From Eledone cirrhosa (Eukaryota): a stretch of DNA of 64,000 nt. The translations under genes and the position numbers were made by a program. The DNA is taken from contig OZ024758.1 of the NCBI GenBank assembly GCA_964016885.1, forward strand, positions 6,386,001 through 6,450,000, given 5' to 3'. Positions within the stretch are counted from its first letter, which is position 1, and the number at the start of each line of letters is the position of its first letter. The notes under the pieces were generated by a model. The model saw nothing but the letters and a program-made list of their open reading frames with translations, ran no database searches and was not told the origin of the DNA. Shown here piece by piece: positions 1 to 14,415 of this stretch.

Positions 1-464
1 ATAATTTATATAAATAGTTTAAAAAACCAACCACCATTAATCCATTTGTATAAATTATTTGACCCATAGGTAAAATTACAGCGTTGCGCAGGGGCTAATA
101 ATAATCAAAGACAGATCATAAATCTGAAGGAATTTCGTTTTTCAGTCTCCGACGAGGCTTACTTGATTTGGCTTAATAGGATATGCTCCTAGTCCAATTG
201 GAACCCATGGCACGTACCAAGCTTGCTATAGCCTAATTATGCATCTGATTGAGACCTAGACAAACATAAACTTGTTAACAAATATTAAATATAACACAAT
301 ATAATTGCCATACACTGAAAGATGATCCTATATTTCGAAAGAATTCATATGATATCAAACGGTTGTTTTACACAGGAAATAAGCAATATTCGGTTTCTTC
401 GTCAAATTGTAACAGAGCTATGTTTGTATATTATATGGATATATATATATATGCATGTATGTGT

Positions 465-495
<31 letters not shown>

Positions 496-496
496 A

Positions 497-728
497 ATGC
501 AAAGCCGCATTGTTCTCAGAACCACTACACCAGTCTTTCGATGCAGCTGGAACTACTGCCACCCATTGATTTGGCAGGATAGCAACTCATTTCTACAGCT
601 GAGTAAACTGGAGCAACGTGAAATAAAGTGTCTTGCTCAAGAACACAACACATCACCCGGTCCGAGAATCGAACTCACAATCTTTCGATTGCAATCCTAA
701 TGCTCTAACCACTAAGCCATGCGTCTTC
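497..728 (-). mobile_element. tRNA-derived CORE-like SINE
   Basis: Minus strand has A-box TGGCTTAGTGG, B-box GTTCGATTC and CORE-like 'gtgttcttgagcaagacactttatttcacgttgctccagtttactcagctg'. Relatives at 22720-22900, 27255-27675, 49020-49164, 53660-53938 and 54170-54308. Confidence 0.8.
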
Positions 729-1085
729 ATGGTACAGAATTGAGAAGACTAATAACGTAAGTATTAAACACTCTCGATGATTATGTTCGCTTATAAATAA
801 TTATGAAGCTAATTAATTGTTTGATTAACCGGAAAATGTGAAATTTAGAGTTCAGATTCAGGAAACGCCATTGTCGCTTGAAATTTATTCGATCTACGTT
901 ATGTTCCTAAATGCAAACATTTACCAATTCATATATAGACATCCACACTTATACACAGACAGGAACACATCCACATAGATATATTGATTCATATGTATAT
1001 ACATATATACATATATTGATACATACATACATGCATACATTCATACTTATATACAAGCATAAATGCATACATTCATACATGCATA

Positions 1086-1365
1086 CATGATGGCTGCCCC
1101 CTCGTTATCGAGTAAGGCCATTGCACGATATACCATTATTAATAATTATTAATTAATGCTATTGTGCAATGCCTGTGCGTGAATATATTTTTTAAAGTGA
1201 GGAAAGTCTGTGCACTGAGCCAATCCCACTCTCTGAGCGACAGTAGCTATAACCCGAAAAGAAGAAAAGATCAACATCATCGGTAACTACTGAGCCGCAG
1301 GTTTTATGTCGGAGTTATCCCAGTTTCCTGAGTTACCTTCTCCTAGAAGGATCCTTCACTCCCAG
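1086..1365 (-). mobile_element. RTE-like LINE 5'-region fragment
   Basis: Shares 'gcaatgcctgtgc...ccaatcccactctct...tcaacatcatcgg...ctcctagaa' with 51830-52083 and, in reverse, with 15100-15290. The RTE assignment is inferred from motif familiarity. Confidence 0.45.
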
Positions 1366-1474
1366 TAATTTAACCGCGCGATCGCGTATCCAGCCCGATT
1401 ATTTCTATGTCCTCGCGCATATACATACACATGCATACATGTATATACATATATACATACATATATATATACAT

Positions 1475-1548
<74 letters not shown>

Positions 1549-2899
1549 GCCATACATGTATATACATATTTACACATTTTTGGAATGCTGTTGACTCTTA
1601 GTTCTTCCGCCCTTTCTCAGGTTTTGTTGTTTTTTGTCTACGTTATTTATAGATGTGTTTAGGTGTTTAATATGTATATCTCTTTCGAGCGTTTGTGCAT
1701 CTACTTTTGTATAAGTATCTCTAGGATTACATTGCACAATGTACCCTTTAGGCATTTAAAGCTTATGATACAATTTAAGATATATTTAGCTACTCTTCTT
1801 GCTGATCCAGCAATCGTACAAATGGAAACCTTGTTAGCTCGATGACTGTAATATTGTTGCTCCTGTTAAACTCTGTATCTAAATTAGTTTTTTTAACATC
1901 TTTATATTGTTTTGGAGAAGAAACCATTTATCTCGCTCATCCCAATTTCTAATATGTATTCCTTCTTTGTGTGTTTAAATTCCATTATTTATACTTTGTT
2001 TATACTATGACAAAAATGTGTGATCTGGTTGGTAAACGTAGAAGGTATGTGAAATCATTGGTATGCGCTTTATAACAAGACAGCTTTCCTGTTTTAGACC
2101 AAGCTAGATTATATTTCTCTCAAAGGTAGCATATATATCATTACAAATCTGAACGTACGCTTTACCTTTTTTTTTTTACTTTTTTGAAGGGTCTATGACA
2201 ATTTTAAGGATTTGCGTATTGCTTAAGAAAATTAGATACTGTACGATATGTTTTTGAATATCAATATATTTTCCTTGTAGTCACAATAGAAAGTCGGTAT
2301 TCCTTTAGATCTACCCAAATTGGAATGCCGAATCCCAAACAAACAACATAGAAAAAAAATATGCAAAACATACATAGAATAAAAGAAGAAATCAATCTAT
2401 TTGTAATGAAATCAATAACAAAACAAGATAGGGATAGAAATCGAAAGGGATAGAAATCCAAATACTACAAAAGTGGAACATAGAAAAATGCCCCAAAACA
2501 AAGAACGCCTGAAGTAGGAGAGCCTTGGTAAAGCTCAAATAATCCGTCAGTATGAAAAACAATACACGCCAATGATTTTTTTTTGTCCTAAATATAGTTT
2601 GACTCTAACACAGAACATTGTAAAACTAAAACAGAGAGTGATGAAGCACAAACAACCGAGAGAAGTAGAGGAAGTTTATGGCTAATGGGACGTAAGTGAA
2701 ACGCCATAGATAAAAGTAGGCAAAATAAATAATATAGTCTTTAACCATGGTAAAATGAAATGTATGACCTCAATACATTCGTAGAGTGTAAACATCAAGT
2801 TTAATAGAGAAATGTCTTCTACATGACTAGAACTATTTCGTTGAAAAGAAATCACCAGGAAGGCTTTCCTGCGACTATATGATCGCTCAATGACACAAT

Positions 2900-3715
2900 G
2901 TAGAAATCGGTTGTATTCAAACTTGGGAAGGTATGGGCTCTGTTAAGTTTTACATACCCAAGACACACCGCATATCACAGTATATTTACTGATAAAATGA
3001 CAAGTCAGTTAATCATATTGGACAGAATGGAGAAGGCGTTTCCCCAAGTCATTACAATCGACGTGACATACGGACTGGTACAAACAAACAACTGACAAGC
3101 TTCTGGTTAAAACTATTTAACAGAGACACACATAAGCAGGGAACTGTATAAGTTACTGAAAGAGATGGAAATAATATGGCATTGTGTCACTGAGAGGTAA
3201 ACCAAGAATAAAGTGACAACACAAACAATAAGCCACAGGCCTCTATATTGCCTTCCTACAACATATAATGCCTTAATAATATCGCAGAGAGATTAAATAG
3301 ACAGCTGTGGGAATCAGCTTGTTTCTAGAAGAGCAGAAATAATACTGTAAAGATTTATATAGCTGTAAAGAAAGATTACTGATCAATTAAGTCATATCGG
3401 CTAAAGAGATAAAGAAGGAAGGTGATGGAGTGATTACTACAAAGTGTTTCACATATTGCTCACACTTAGATCATGGAAACATAATCACAAGTAAGGTAGT
3501 ACATATAAAAGGAAAATGCATGAAACCTGTCTTGAGTAATTTGTAAACAATGTTATCAATACAAACTAATGAGGGGAACAATAAAAACTAACCCCTTCTC
3601 CTTTAATCGAGATGTTAAACAGGAGTGGACTCGAATACAAATGATATTACAAGAAAATTACTTTAAAGCCTTCGGCAATATTGGAAACATATATAAACAA
3701 GTACTAATGACAGGG
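2900..3715 (+). mobile_element. Decayed R4/Dong-like LINE reverse transcriptase fragment
   Basis: Broken frames give motifs such as 'LTSFWLKL', 'HRPLYCLPTTYNAL', 'EEQK*YCK..YSCKERLLIN' and 'DYYKVF', in the order of R2-group RT domains. Interrupted near 2990-3045 by another repeat. Confidence 0.6.
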
Positions 3716-3939
3716 AACAAATAATTGTTTCTACTTTTGGCACAAGGCCAGCAATTATCCCAGTGTATTACTGGTACTTTATTTTAATCGACTCCCGTAA
3801 GAATGAAAGGCAAAGTTAACCCTTGGCGGGATTTGAACTCTGACTGTAAAGGGGCGTAACTCTATGTTACAAAGCATGTCTGCCCCCCCCCCCCCCCCCC
3901 ATAAAGCCAACGATATGGTTATCGATAGATTATTAAAAT

Positions 3940-4310
3940 ATGCTGAGAGAATTAATTCCATAAATTGGAGACATAGATGTTGGCAAGCGGCTCAGCGACC
4001 ATATCTCTATCAGTGAGCTGCCCAACATTACCAAACTTAGACCAATTACATCAATTGTCAAGTCAACAGTACTCAAACTATACGGCCATATAAAAAGATC
4101 AACTCGTGGTGAGAGTAGGTTATGCCTATAAGGAAAGTTGACTGGTAAGAGAAGCAGAGGCCGGCAGCTGAAACGATGGCTTGACAATGTCAACTTATGG
4201 ACTGGGCTTGATTCTTGCTCTTTGAGCCCTGCTGCTGGAGATTGAACTTTGTGGAGAGAGATATCACATGTTGATGTGGAGTCTGAAACTGGCGGAGTTT
4301 AGCGTCACAA
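3940..4310 (+). mobile_element. RTE-like LINE 3' fragment
   Basis: Translates to 'VKSTVLKLYGHIKRS...GKLTGKRSRGRQLKRWLDNV', the RTE-type C-terminal GH..R / G.R.RGR...RW motif. Confidence 0.7.
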
Positions 4311-5017
4311 GAGAATGTTTAAGAGACTACCCTTTGAAGATCAACATATATTAAATGGATACTATCAGCATTATTCAAAGAGATAACGTAAATCAAATTA
4401 CTATACCCAATAGTTTTACTCAGTTAAATAAGTTCGTATATGCTTACATACAACAATAGGTTATGCGTGACTTAACAAAAATATGTATCGTTACAAAACA
4501 CAGAAGCACCGACATACAATAGATATCTGGAAGAATAAATTAAATTATTTCACAGATATTTTTCGTAGTGAAGCGCATAAAATATTTCAGATGACTGTGT
4601 ATAAACATTCTAGAAAAAAACTAACAAAAATGCATCCCGTATGACAATTAAATACAACTTAAACCCTGAAAATATACGACTGCAAACATGCGAAAGATTA
4701 AAGCTTCAAATGATAGCTTGCGAACGTTGTAACATTCGTGAAAATAATAGTAGTCTGAAAACAACCAGAACATATAAAATAACAGGAACCACGGTAAATA
4801 ATCATGAGAAATATTTTAGAAATAATATTTCCAAACGTATCTAAGCATAACAAAAGCAATATCTGGCTAGAAGAATATGTAGAAACAATAGAAATATATA
4901 TTAAAAAGTATCTCACAAAGAATTATTATATCTAATTTAAGGATTGTTTTTTAAACACTTTAGAAACTGTCAACTTTATTTCATTGACAAAATTCAAAAC
5001 TATTTTTTGCTATAGTA

Positions 5018-5206
5018 ATAATTGTTTCTACTTTTGGCACAAGGCCAGCAATTACCCAGTACATTACTGGTACTTTATTTTATCGACCCCGTAAGGATGA
5101 AAGGCAAAGTTGACCTCGGCGGGATTTGAACTCAGAATGGAAAGGGTCGTAACTCTATGCGTCAAAGCATGACGTCCGACTCTCTACCGATACTGCCAAT
5201 CCACCA
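5018..5206 (-). mobile_element. tRNA-derived Meta-domain-like SINE (major family, >20 copies or fragments in window)
   Basis: A-box-like 'tggcagtatcgg', B-box 'gagttcaaatcc', central 'ttgcctttcatccttacggggtcgataaaataaagtaccag', and 3' end 'gtagaaacaattatt'. Other copies include 3722-3882, 5471-5680, 6939-7070, 7255-7473, 17244-17570, 21296-21462, 28241-28412, 29085-29268, 31779-31990, 40561-40767, 58975-59160 and 59639-59828. Confidence 0.9.
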
Positions 5207-5713
5207 ATGTTCCACAATATCCTCTTAAATCCGGAACAAATTCGTAGACGGTTCTTTAGTGATATGGAAGAAATGATGACCAGCTAGACCATCGCTTCAT
5301 CAATTGTCTGTCAGTAATCTATATACATCAAATAAAGTACCAGTAATGCACTGGGTAATTGCTGGCCTTGTGCCTAAAGTAGAAACAAGTAATCTATATA
5401 CATCTTATTTCTTTCTTCTATATATTCCATTCCAAGGAGACAATGGTTAGGTAGCAATATCTAATTGAAAATAATGGTTTCTTATATAGGCACAAGGCCA
5501 GCAATTTTGGGGGAAGGGGAAAGTCGATTAAATCGACCTCAGTGCGTTACTGGTACTTTATTTTATCGACTTCGTAAGGATGAAAGGCAAAGTTAACCTC
5601 GGCGGGATTTGAACTCAGATCATAAAGGGCCGTAACTCTATGCTGAAAATCATGGTGTCCGACTCTCTACCGATACTACGAAAATAATAAAAACTCAGAT
5701 CATATATTAATAT

Positions 5714-5912
5714 ACGAGGGTGAGCTGAAAAGATCATAGGCTGACCTTGAAGGAGTGATGCTAGAGCTGTTAAACCTTGCATGCATTAATTTCAACTCTT
5801 TTTGTTAATAACTACATTGTTTCTTTCTAGGGGACTATATTGAAAAATAAACCTCATTTGGTCATTCCATGAGAGTATCTTGGTCAGCCTATGATTTTTT
5901 TCAGCCGACTCT
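5714..5912. mobile_element. Tc1/mariner-like MITE
   Basis: Imperfect TIRs 'tacgagggtgagctgaaaagatcataggctgacc' / 'ggtcagcctatgatttttttcagccgactc', TA at the left end, no ORF. Relatives at 8655-8845, 9005-9290, 25021-25100, 25246-25446 and 47370-47433. Confidence 0.75.
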
Positions 5913-7823
5913 CTTAAATCGTCACCTCGTGATCCCGTCGGAAAGGAAGGAGAAGACATTGCTCTGGAGGATGGTGAGGGAGATGCTCTGTAACAGTCAC
6001 TCTACCTCGTGGGACTCGCACCTGCGAGCAGCCAACTTCACCCCCCACCCCACCCACCCCAGATAGCAGTGTGTAGGGATGTAGTTCGGGGGGCCGAGAA
6101 CACAGGAAGATTCCACTGTCACAGGCTCGACCATAAACCTATCGGACAGTGGCTGATAACCTGACAGTTCAGCCTCTTTGGTCTGACTTGTAGAATATAA
6201 ACTACTCTAGTAGACACTCCCCAACCAGATAATCGATTTGAAGAAAAGCAAAGTAATTCTTATTTAGCAGAACGATGATCACATTTGTTAAGCAAATACT
6301 ATTGGATGAGGCGGAGAAACGAAAAATGAAAATGTCATGTGCTTGAATGCATTACGGGAAGACGTTCTGCTGTCCCACATGGCAACCTTATCAAACTGTT
6401 ATAATTATATTATCTCCAACACTGCTGTTCAAATATATCACTCACGTCATGGGCAAAATGTAAAATCACTATAACTCTGAATAATAAGGAAAAGACCATC
6501 AAAACCAGACGTATACCCATAAAAAGACGAACTTTCAAATAGGACATTTTATTCCCCCTTACTTTTTTGCCTTGCTCTGACTCTGCTATCAAATTTGATG
6601 TATAAAAGCACCCGATAAACAAATCATCTCAGGGATGTGGATGAATAAACAATCTTTGCAAGAAATAACAATGGATTTGAAAACCTCAATACAGAGTGTA
6701 TCAAAATGAATCATCCGATTTCAAAAAAATTATATTTTGAACATATAATGAATGAACATATAATCATGCAGGTGTGGGCCTCGCGAGATGGAATGGCTCT
6801 TCCAGCGCATCTCCCTTACCATCCTCCGGGGAAACGCCTTCTCCATTCTGTCTGCCAGGTTAACTGACATCTGACTGTTCAAAGAAGACTTCAAAAGGAA
6901 CTAGTAGCGACTTCTCTTGAAAATGGACAAAATTTCACATTTTATCGACCCCGTAAGGATGAAAGGCAAAGTTAACTTCGGCGGGATTTGAACTCAGATC
7001 ATAAAGGGCCGTAACTCTATGCTGTAAAGCATGGCGTCCGACCCTCTACCGATACTACCATTCCACCGCCCTATAAGCATGTAATATAATAAAATACAAC
7101 TCACACGAAACACCCTTTAAATGTAATACCCAGCAACAACAGACTAGATTAAAATAACACGAAACTACAAAAGAAGACTGATGTAGTATACTGTATTAGT
7201 ACATGGCCGATACCAATCAGGACTTGCACAATAGCGTCATCATTATTACCATCTGGTGGATTGGCAGTATCGGTAGAGGTTCGGACGTCATGCTTTGCAG
7301 CATAGAGTTACGCCCCTTTACGGTCTGAGTTCAAATCACGCCGAGGTTAACTTACTTTGCCTTTCATCCTTACAGGGTCGATAAAATAAAGTACCAGTAA
7401 TGCACTGGCGTCGATTTAATCGACTTTCCCCACCCCCAAAATTGCAGGCCTTGTACCTATACTAGAAATCATTATGATAGCCAACAGTTTCATATTGACC
7501 GTCTCTCTACTAATTCACTGATATCCATTTTTTTGTCTTGTATTTTACTATTAACACCGGTAAAGTAACAATATAACTTCTATGTGCGTGTGCTGCTATT
7601 GCTAATAAAATTACTAATTTTGTCAATATTATTTTATTCGTGTGTGTCACGCCATAAGAAAAATACGTTCTTCATTTATTCTGTTGCAAATTTCCGCTTT
7701 TTCTATATTTTCGTTTTCTGAGTATGGGGGACAAATATTGTTTTGTTCTTGTCGATGCCATTACTTATAAAATTTCCGTTGAAAGAAATAAAGTATTTTA
7801 GACGTCGCCATTATTAATGAATG

Positions 7824-8014
7824 GGCGGTGAATTGGCAGTATCGGTAGAGGGTCGGACGCCATGCTTTGACGCATAGAGTTACGGCCCTTGCCATTCTGA
7901 GTTCAAATCCCGCCGAGGTTAACTTTGCTTTTCATTCTTACGGGGTCGATAAAATAAAGTACCAGTAATGTACTGGGTAATTGCTGGCCTTGTGCCAATA
8001 GTAGAAACAATTAT
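7824..8014 (+). mobile_element. Full-length Meta-domain-like SINE with target-site duplication
   Basis: Complete head-to-tail copy flanked by direct repeat 'attattaatgaat' (7810-7822 and 8010-8022). Confidence 0.9.
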
Positions 8015-8270
8015 TAATGAATTTTAGTTTCGGAGTTGTCTCCCGCTCCGCTCTTAAATGAAATTAATCATTAAAGCTAAAAATGTTTCTCTTCATTGCC
8101 AATGTAATTCTTATTAATTTATACATCTTTATTAAATTACGAGGTCCCGCTTAAAGGTTCAAATGCCGAAAAGCTCAAAAGCTGACAAAGATACTCTCAT
8201 GGAATGACCCTCTACCGATATTGCCCATCCACCCCCCTCGATGCAGTTATTAATATGAAGAGTTGAAATT

Positions 8271-8460
8271 AATTGTTTCTATTTTAGGCACAAGGCCAGT
8301 AATTACCCAGTACATTACTGGTACTTTATTTTATCGACCCCGTAAGGATGAAAGGCAAAGTTAACCTCGGCGGGATTTTAACTCAGATCATAAAGGGAAG
8401 TAACTCTATGCTTCAAAGCATGGTGTCCGACTCTCTACCGATACTGCCAATCTACCGCCC
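8271..8460 (-). mobile_element. Full-length Meta-domain-like SINE inserted in a MITE, with TSD
   Basis: Flanked by direct repeat 'tgaagagttgaaattaat' (8256-8273 and 8462-8479), which belongs to the mariner-like MITE body. Confidence 0.9.
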
Positions 8461-8533
8461 TTGAAGAGTTGAAATTAATGTATGCAAGATTCCACAGCTT
8501 CAGCATCATTCTTTCATAGTCAGCCTATAAACG

Positions 8534-8649
8534 TTTCAACCCTCTATTTATATATACACATATTTCAACCCTCTATTTATTTATACACATATTTCAACCC
8601 TCTATTTATATATACACATATTTCAACCCTCTATTTATATATACACATA
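8534..8649. repeat. 29-bp minisatellite x4
   Basis: Unit 'tttcaaccctctatttatatatacacata' starts at 8534, 8563, 8592 and 8621, at a junction between two MITE ends. Confidence 0.9.
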
Positions 8650-9764
8650 TGCATACGATGGTCGGCTGAAACATTTATAGACTGACCAAGATACTCTCAT
8701 GGAATGACCAAATGAGGTTTATTTTTCAACATAGAAAGAAACAATGTAGTTATTAATAAGAAGAGTTGAAATTAATGCTTGCAAGATTTCACAGCTCTAG
8801 CATCACTCCTTCATAATCAGCCTATGCACTTTTCCACCTACCTCCATAATCTGCTTGATGCTCACCAAAAATATTTCAAAACAGTTAAGTAATCTTAAAG
8901 GTTGATTGGAATAACGGAATACCTGGCACATGATTGCTGCCAATTATTACAGATAATTATGTAAAGATAATTAGGTTCAAATGTGAATATATTCCAGAAT
9001 TATATACGAGAGTTGGCTGGACAATTCATAGGCTGACCAAGATACTTTCATGGAATGACCAAATGAGATTTATTTTTCAAACCATGTTGTGAAATTTTGT
9101 CCATTTTCAAGAAAAGTCATTACTAGTTCCTTTTAAAGTCTTTTTGAATAGTCAGATGTCAATTTACCTGGGAAGAAATTATGCAGTTATTAATATATAA
9201 AAAAATTGAAATTAATGCATGCAAGATTTCACAGCGCGAGCATATGAAATTTTAATCAGTATATGAAATTTTAAGCTAACCTTTGTACATTGTAACCTCG
9301 TGCAGATGCTGAAAAATACAAAGGGAAATTGTTTTCTTCTCGATTTTCCTTTGAAAAGATTTTCGTTTGGTTTAAATGTTTTTAATGAACCAATGCATGT
9401 GTCAGCAAAATGAAATAAATATTAATATTGATATTTATTTCATGATTAATCATTTTACTTGTTACTGTATTTTTCTCCAATATTACCGATGTTGTCGTGA
9501 CCTGCAGTGTTCTTAGCAGCAAATCTCTGCATGTCGACTTGAAGTTTGAAACAAATATCAATACGATCGTGAATAAAAGGTTTCTTCAATCAATGTGATC
9601 TGAGCAATAAGCAGTTATTTAACATGGTATTAAAGTTGAAGGTAGTATTCCTCACAAATTCAATGAATAGTCTACCATTTCAGGTATAAGACCGCCGAAT
9701 ATCTAGGTAAGTGTCTATTTAAGAATGGTTGCTTGTGGTCGCATTTGACGGAAATTTGATGCTT

Positions 9765-9836
9765 GACGTGTTGGTGTAATGGTTAACACAGTGGTCATGA
9801 CAGCGAAGGTTGTGGGTTCGTGTCCCACGTCAATGC
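9765..9836 (+). pseudogene. tRNA-like pseudogene or isolated SINE head
   Basis: A-box TGGTGTAATGG and T-arm 'gtggg ttcgtgt cccac' at tRNA-like spacing; acceptor and anticodon stems do not pair properly. Confidence 0.5.
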
Positions 9837-10563
9837 TTATCCTTTTTCTATTCTATGGGTTTAAATATACGAGGTTCGGTTAAAACGCTCATAATAAAAT
9901 TCGATTCGTTTGCAATTTTATTACTAATATTCGAAAAATTCAGATTACATTTATTGTATTCAGTCATGTAGAGCGTCATTTTCTTTTTTATTTGAATTTG
10001 GCAAAGCCGGCTATTTATCGCCCGTATACAGGAAACTGACTGGCCAGTCTGCTGATTTGCAAATCTGGCTGATCAGTGGATCTGCTAATATGCAGATCTG
10101 ACTGATCAGCCAGTCTGCTAATATGCAAATCAGGCCGATCGGTCATTGTGTATTTTTGAAAATAGCATACATTTTCACTAGCTCTGACAGTTTGGCAGGT
10201 GAACTGTGAGCTGTACATTAGTGTCTGCAGTTCTGTTCGCATGTCAACATAAGAGCAAGAATAAAAGGTTCATTCTACTGACATGGCTATAAAATTCGAA
10301 AACATCAGATTACATTTATTATATATATATATATATATATAAACTCGTAGAGCAAATATTTATTATAAGAACAAATTAAAGTTTAAGCTGCTTTACACCC
10401 TTGCCCTCAATAGGTCAGGTCCTTGAATATACATTCCGGCATTAAATAATTTAAATGTATACTTCAAAATCATTTGAAATGAAACTGACATTAAATTATG
10501 TTCATTACGATAAACTTGTGAAAATCAAAGCTAGAGAGAGAGAGTGTGTGTGTGCGTGTGTGC

Positions 10564-10604
<41 letters not shown>

Positions 10605-11149
10605 TGTGACATCTACACACTTAGTGACGACAAATGTTATCTTCTTCCTACTCATCGTTTGTTGACTGTTTCCTTGCATTTTGAATCAAATCTTAACGAA
10701 AATCGATATAAATGTCAATAAGCTGTTGTATGTATGTATGTATATGTATGTGTGTATGTATGTATGTATGTATGTATGTATGTAGGTGTATTTGTGTGTA
10801 TATGCATGTATGTATGTGTATGCGTATGTATATGTATGTGTATATGTGTGTATGTATGTGTGTGTATGTATATATGTGTGTATATGTATGTATGGGCTTG
10901 TATATATGATGCATGTATGTATAATGTACGCATGTATGATTCTATGTATGTAAGTATGTACACACACACTCACATACACGCGCGCGCGCACACACACACA
11001 CACACACACATACACACCACATGCACACACCACACATACACACTTACATGTACGTACATTTACAAGTACACACTGTATGGACCATAATTAGCATACTAGA
11101 TTAATATTAAGAAATATCTACAAAAGAATCATAATTAAAGTTGCAGATT

Positions 11150-11340
11150 GGTGCCTTCAGCCACCTTTAACGTTATCATCGGAAGGGACCTTCCTGGGGC
11201 CGGTTGCCAGTCACAACTGGCTCCTGAGAGCCTCCTACGCAGTGATGGTAAGTGCCCAGACGAGAGAGCCCTCTTCCCATCCGACGGAGGTATGTGTCTA
11301 ATCTGGGATGTCAAGTGCTGTGAAACGTTCTCTACCTAAG
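11150..11340 (+). mobile_element. CRE-like LINE restriction-like endonuclease fragment
   Basis: ORF 11148-11339 reads 'LLRSDGKCPDERALFPSDGGMCLIWDVKCCETF', resembling the R.DGKRPDG....PW..G..L.WD.TC.DT motif. Confidence 0.65.
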
Positions 11341-11937
11341 TTCTTCTCGTTTAGAGCCCAAAACCTTTTTCGTGCCGGTCCCTGAACTGCCGTATTCCTC
11401 GGCAAAATTGTAAGGAATATATCTCACAAAAGGAAGAATCCCCATCGGCTGGAGTAGCTGACACTGTGGGTACCGTTGGTTGTTCTCCACGACAAAGCAT
11501 TCGCCATTTTGTCCGTGAAACGCCGCTAAGATATACCACCGAAACAGCAGGAATCTGCCCCGCCGTCTCTCACCTTTCTCTTATTTTATTGGAAACATAT
11601 AATCCAATTAGAATTTATTGAATAGAATTTGATGAATCCAAATAAACGTTATTTCAAAATTTCAAAAGTTATGCAGTTAATGTAAGTTTATGCAGTCGAA
11701 TTAAATATTCGAAATAATGCGCAATTATAAGCACGTCATTATAATTTCAATCTTTAAATTAATTATAGTTCTCTCAGTATTTATTTAAAATACTGTTTTA
11801 ATAGATTTATGTAGAAGTTGTAGAAAAATTATATTTCCATTTAGGTCTTTGCATGTTTTCTATAGAATGTAATGTTTTTATAAATATAGTACTAGCATTT
11901 TTAAGATAGGATTATACTAGTATATGTAAATATATAC

Positions 11938-11989
<52 letters not shown>

Positions 11990-11998
11990 GTATATATA

Positions 11999-12030
<32 letters not shown>

Positions 12031-12160
12031 GTTGTGCATATATATATATATATAGCGAGAGAGAGATCGACGTACATATACACACAAACACAAGATGGAC
12101 ACACAAAAATATAAAAATAAAAATGAAAAAATAAAATAAATAAATAAAAATAAAAGCCTA

Positions 12161-12203
12161 GTCACTGAAGAGGTCACAGAATGTGTGACGAAAGAACTTT
12201 GAC
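12161..12203 (+). ncRNA. Minimal type-I hammerhead ribozyme motif
   Basis: GTCA-CTGAAGA-G-GTCACA(GAATG)TGTGAC-GAAA-GAAC-TT-TGAC: stem I GTCA/TGAC, 6-bp stem II, very short stem III, CUU triplet. Confidence 0.75.
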
Positions 12204-12448
12204 AATATTTAAAAAAACCCTCCGGTTATCGAAATTCATATCTCGGTAACTTTGTAACACGGACATATGAATTTCGATGTTAAAATCGTACTCATACCCA
12301 TTCAGGGTTCTTTATTAAATCCTTTATTTTCTTGTAAGCCTCTGAAGAGCCCAACTTGGGCGTCCATGTGTAAGAGCTTCTTATAAATATATTTTAACGG
12401 CTTGCTTCTCTTTCATCAATTTCTTCGATTATATAAATATATATATAT

Positions 12449-12511
<63 letters not shown>

Positions 12512-12524
12512 TAGATATATATAG

Positions 12525-12632
<108 letters not shown>

Positions 12633-12933
12633 GTATTCGAGTATGGAAGGAGAAGAAAATTAATTCTAAAATCTGCATCTGATTGAGATTCAAAATTTAT
12701 ATTATTTTCCAGTGTAGTCTAACATACCGTTTGATGGTTTCGCGCGAAAAGAAACATTACTGAATAATAGCATTATTGTTTATTGATAAGAAGAAAACAT
12801 TTGATGATGTACTATATTTTTACATATACAAAGGTATTATCTGATTTTACTGTCTAGTGAATTAATCTTCTAACAACACTAGATAGACAGAGAAATAAAC
12901 AATTAGTCTGCAATTGATTGTTACATATATAAA

Positions 12934-13044
<111 letters not shown>

Positions 13045-13256
13045 GTATATATATATGTTTATATACATATATATATGTTTATATATATATATGTATAAAC
13101 ATGTGCGGGTGTATGTATATATATTTGCTATTATCGATTTATGTATCGATCAATTGCGGTTTAAATACTTAAATACTAACGCCCCCTACACACACGCACA
13201 TACGCACACACAATAACACCCATATATATATAAATTATATATATATATATATATAT

Positions 13257-13445
13257 AACGAAGGAAATGTGGTAAGCAACCAGGTGGACCATAACGCACC
13301 AAAGTACTCAATACTTAGGGTAGTAGAGTGGGTAATAGGAACAAGTAAGACACCGACGGCTGAGCTCAAGCCGTTTCGACAGCTAATTCTGGACGGAATT
13401 AGCCGTCGAAACAGCTTGAGCTCAGCCGTCGGGGTCTTACTTGTT

Positions 13446-13450
<5 letters not shown>
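13257..13450. mobile_element. Family A: PLE pseudo-LTR-like element (inverted arm + tail) in (TA)n
   Basis: About 57-bp inverted arms containing the HHR 3' half GAAA-CGGCTTGAGCTCAGCCG-TC-GGGG, a 78-nt unique tail, and (TA)n on both sides. Confidence 0.8.
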
Positions 13451-13485
<35 letters not shown>

Positions 13486-13930
13486 TGGCAATTATCAGTT
13501 TAGACTATAGTAAGACCATGTTCAGATAAGTTCTAGAATATTGGTGCGAGCTCAGCCGTAGGGCACTAACTATTTGTAATTTATATATGTATGTATGGAC
13601 CAGTAACTCCCAACGGAGACATAGGGGGTGGGGATCATATTCCCATGCAACCTATCTATAGAACTTTTATATAAACTAACGGGGCCCAGCCCCTATGCCT
13701 TGGTCCTTGATTCGGGAACGTATCGTAGAGGATTCGTCGTGATATACGGCGGGTCTTAGGCATTTATATTCACCAGGGCCCATCCTTCTCGAGACTGTTT
13801 ATTTCCAGAGAAAGAGAGCGAAGGGTAAAACATATTTAGAATAATCTCCCCAATACTGAACCGTTACCTTTTGTCTATCGATCTGTAAAGAATAAAATGT
13901 AAAGTTTCCCTCGGGTAGTTTAGAACTCAG

Positions 13931-14061
13931 AACCATGTGGACCATAACGCACCAGAGTACTCGATACTATGGGTAGTAGAGTGGGTAATAGGAAAAGAGT
14001 CAGGACCCCGACGGCTGAGCTCCGGCCGTTTCGACAACTATTTCAGAAATAGATTTTCCTA
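13931..14061 (-). mobile_element. Family A copy (diverged, truncated)
   Basis: 'ggaccataacgcacc...gtagagtgggtaataggaa...gaccccgacggctgagctc' followed by 'ttcctat(TA)n'. Confidence 0.75.
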
Positions 14062-14067
14062 TATATG

Positions 14068-14115
<48 letters not shown>

Positions 14116-14208
14116 TAAAAGGAAAAGAAAATGGTGACAAATTGTCAGCATTTTCTTTTCCTTTTACCAATATATCATAACTCGTGCGTTACACATCTAT
14201 TCTTTTAA

Positions 14209-14415
<207 letters not shown>

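Noticed and set aside
145-255. Possible hammerhead (gtctc-cgacga-ggct...agcc...gagac)
   Set aside because: No GAAA and a degenerate 5' core; cannot be supported.
7824-7900. tRNA genes at SINE heads
   Set aside because: A/B boxes are present but there is no complete cloverleaf, and they are followed by SINE body and TSDs.
9684-9706. 23-nt microexon (tttcag|...|gtaagt)
   Set aside because: Good splice-like signals, but not frame-preserving, no partner exons identified, and such matches are expected by chance in 64 kb.
13257-13450. Family A as classical MITE or pre-miRNA
   Set aside because: Inverted repeats are not terminal on both sides (78-nt one-sided tail), the hairpin centre varies between copies, and the arms carry a hammerhead 3' half.
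13482-13930. Solo LTR
   Set aside because: Has an AATAAA and higher GC, but no clear TG...CA ends, TSD or second copy in the window.
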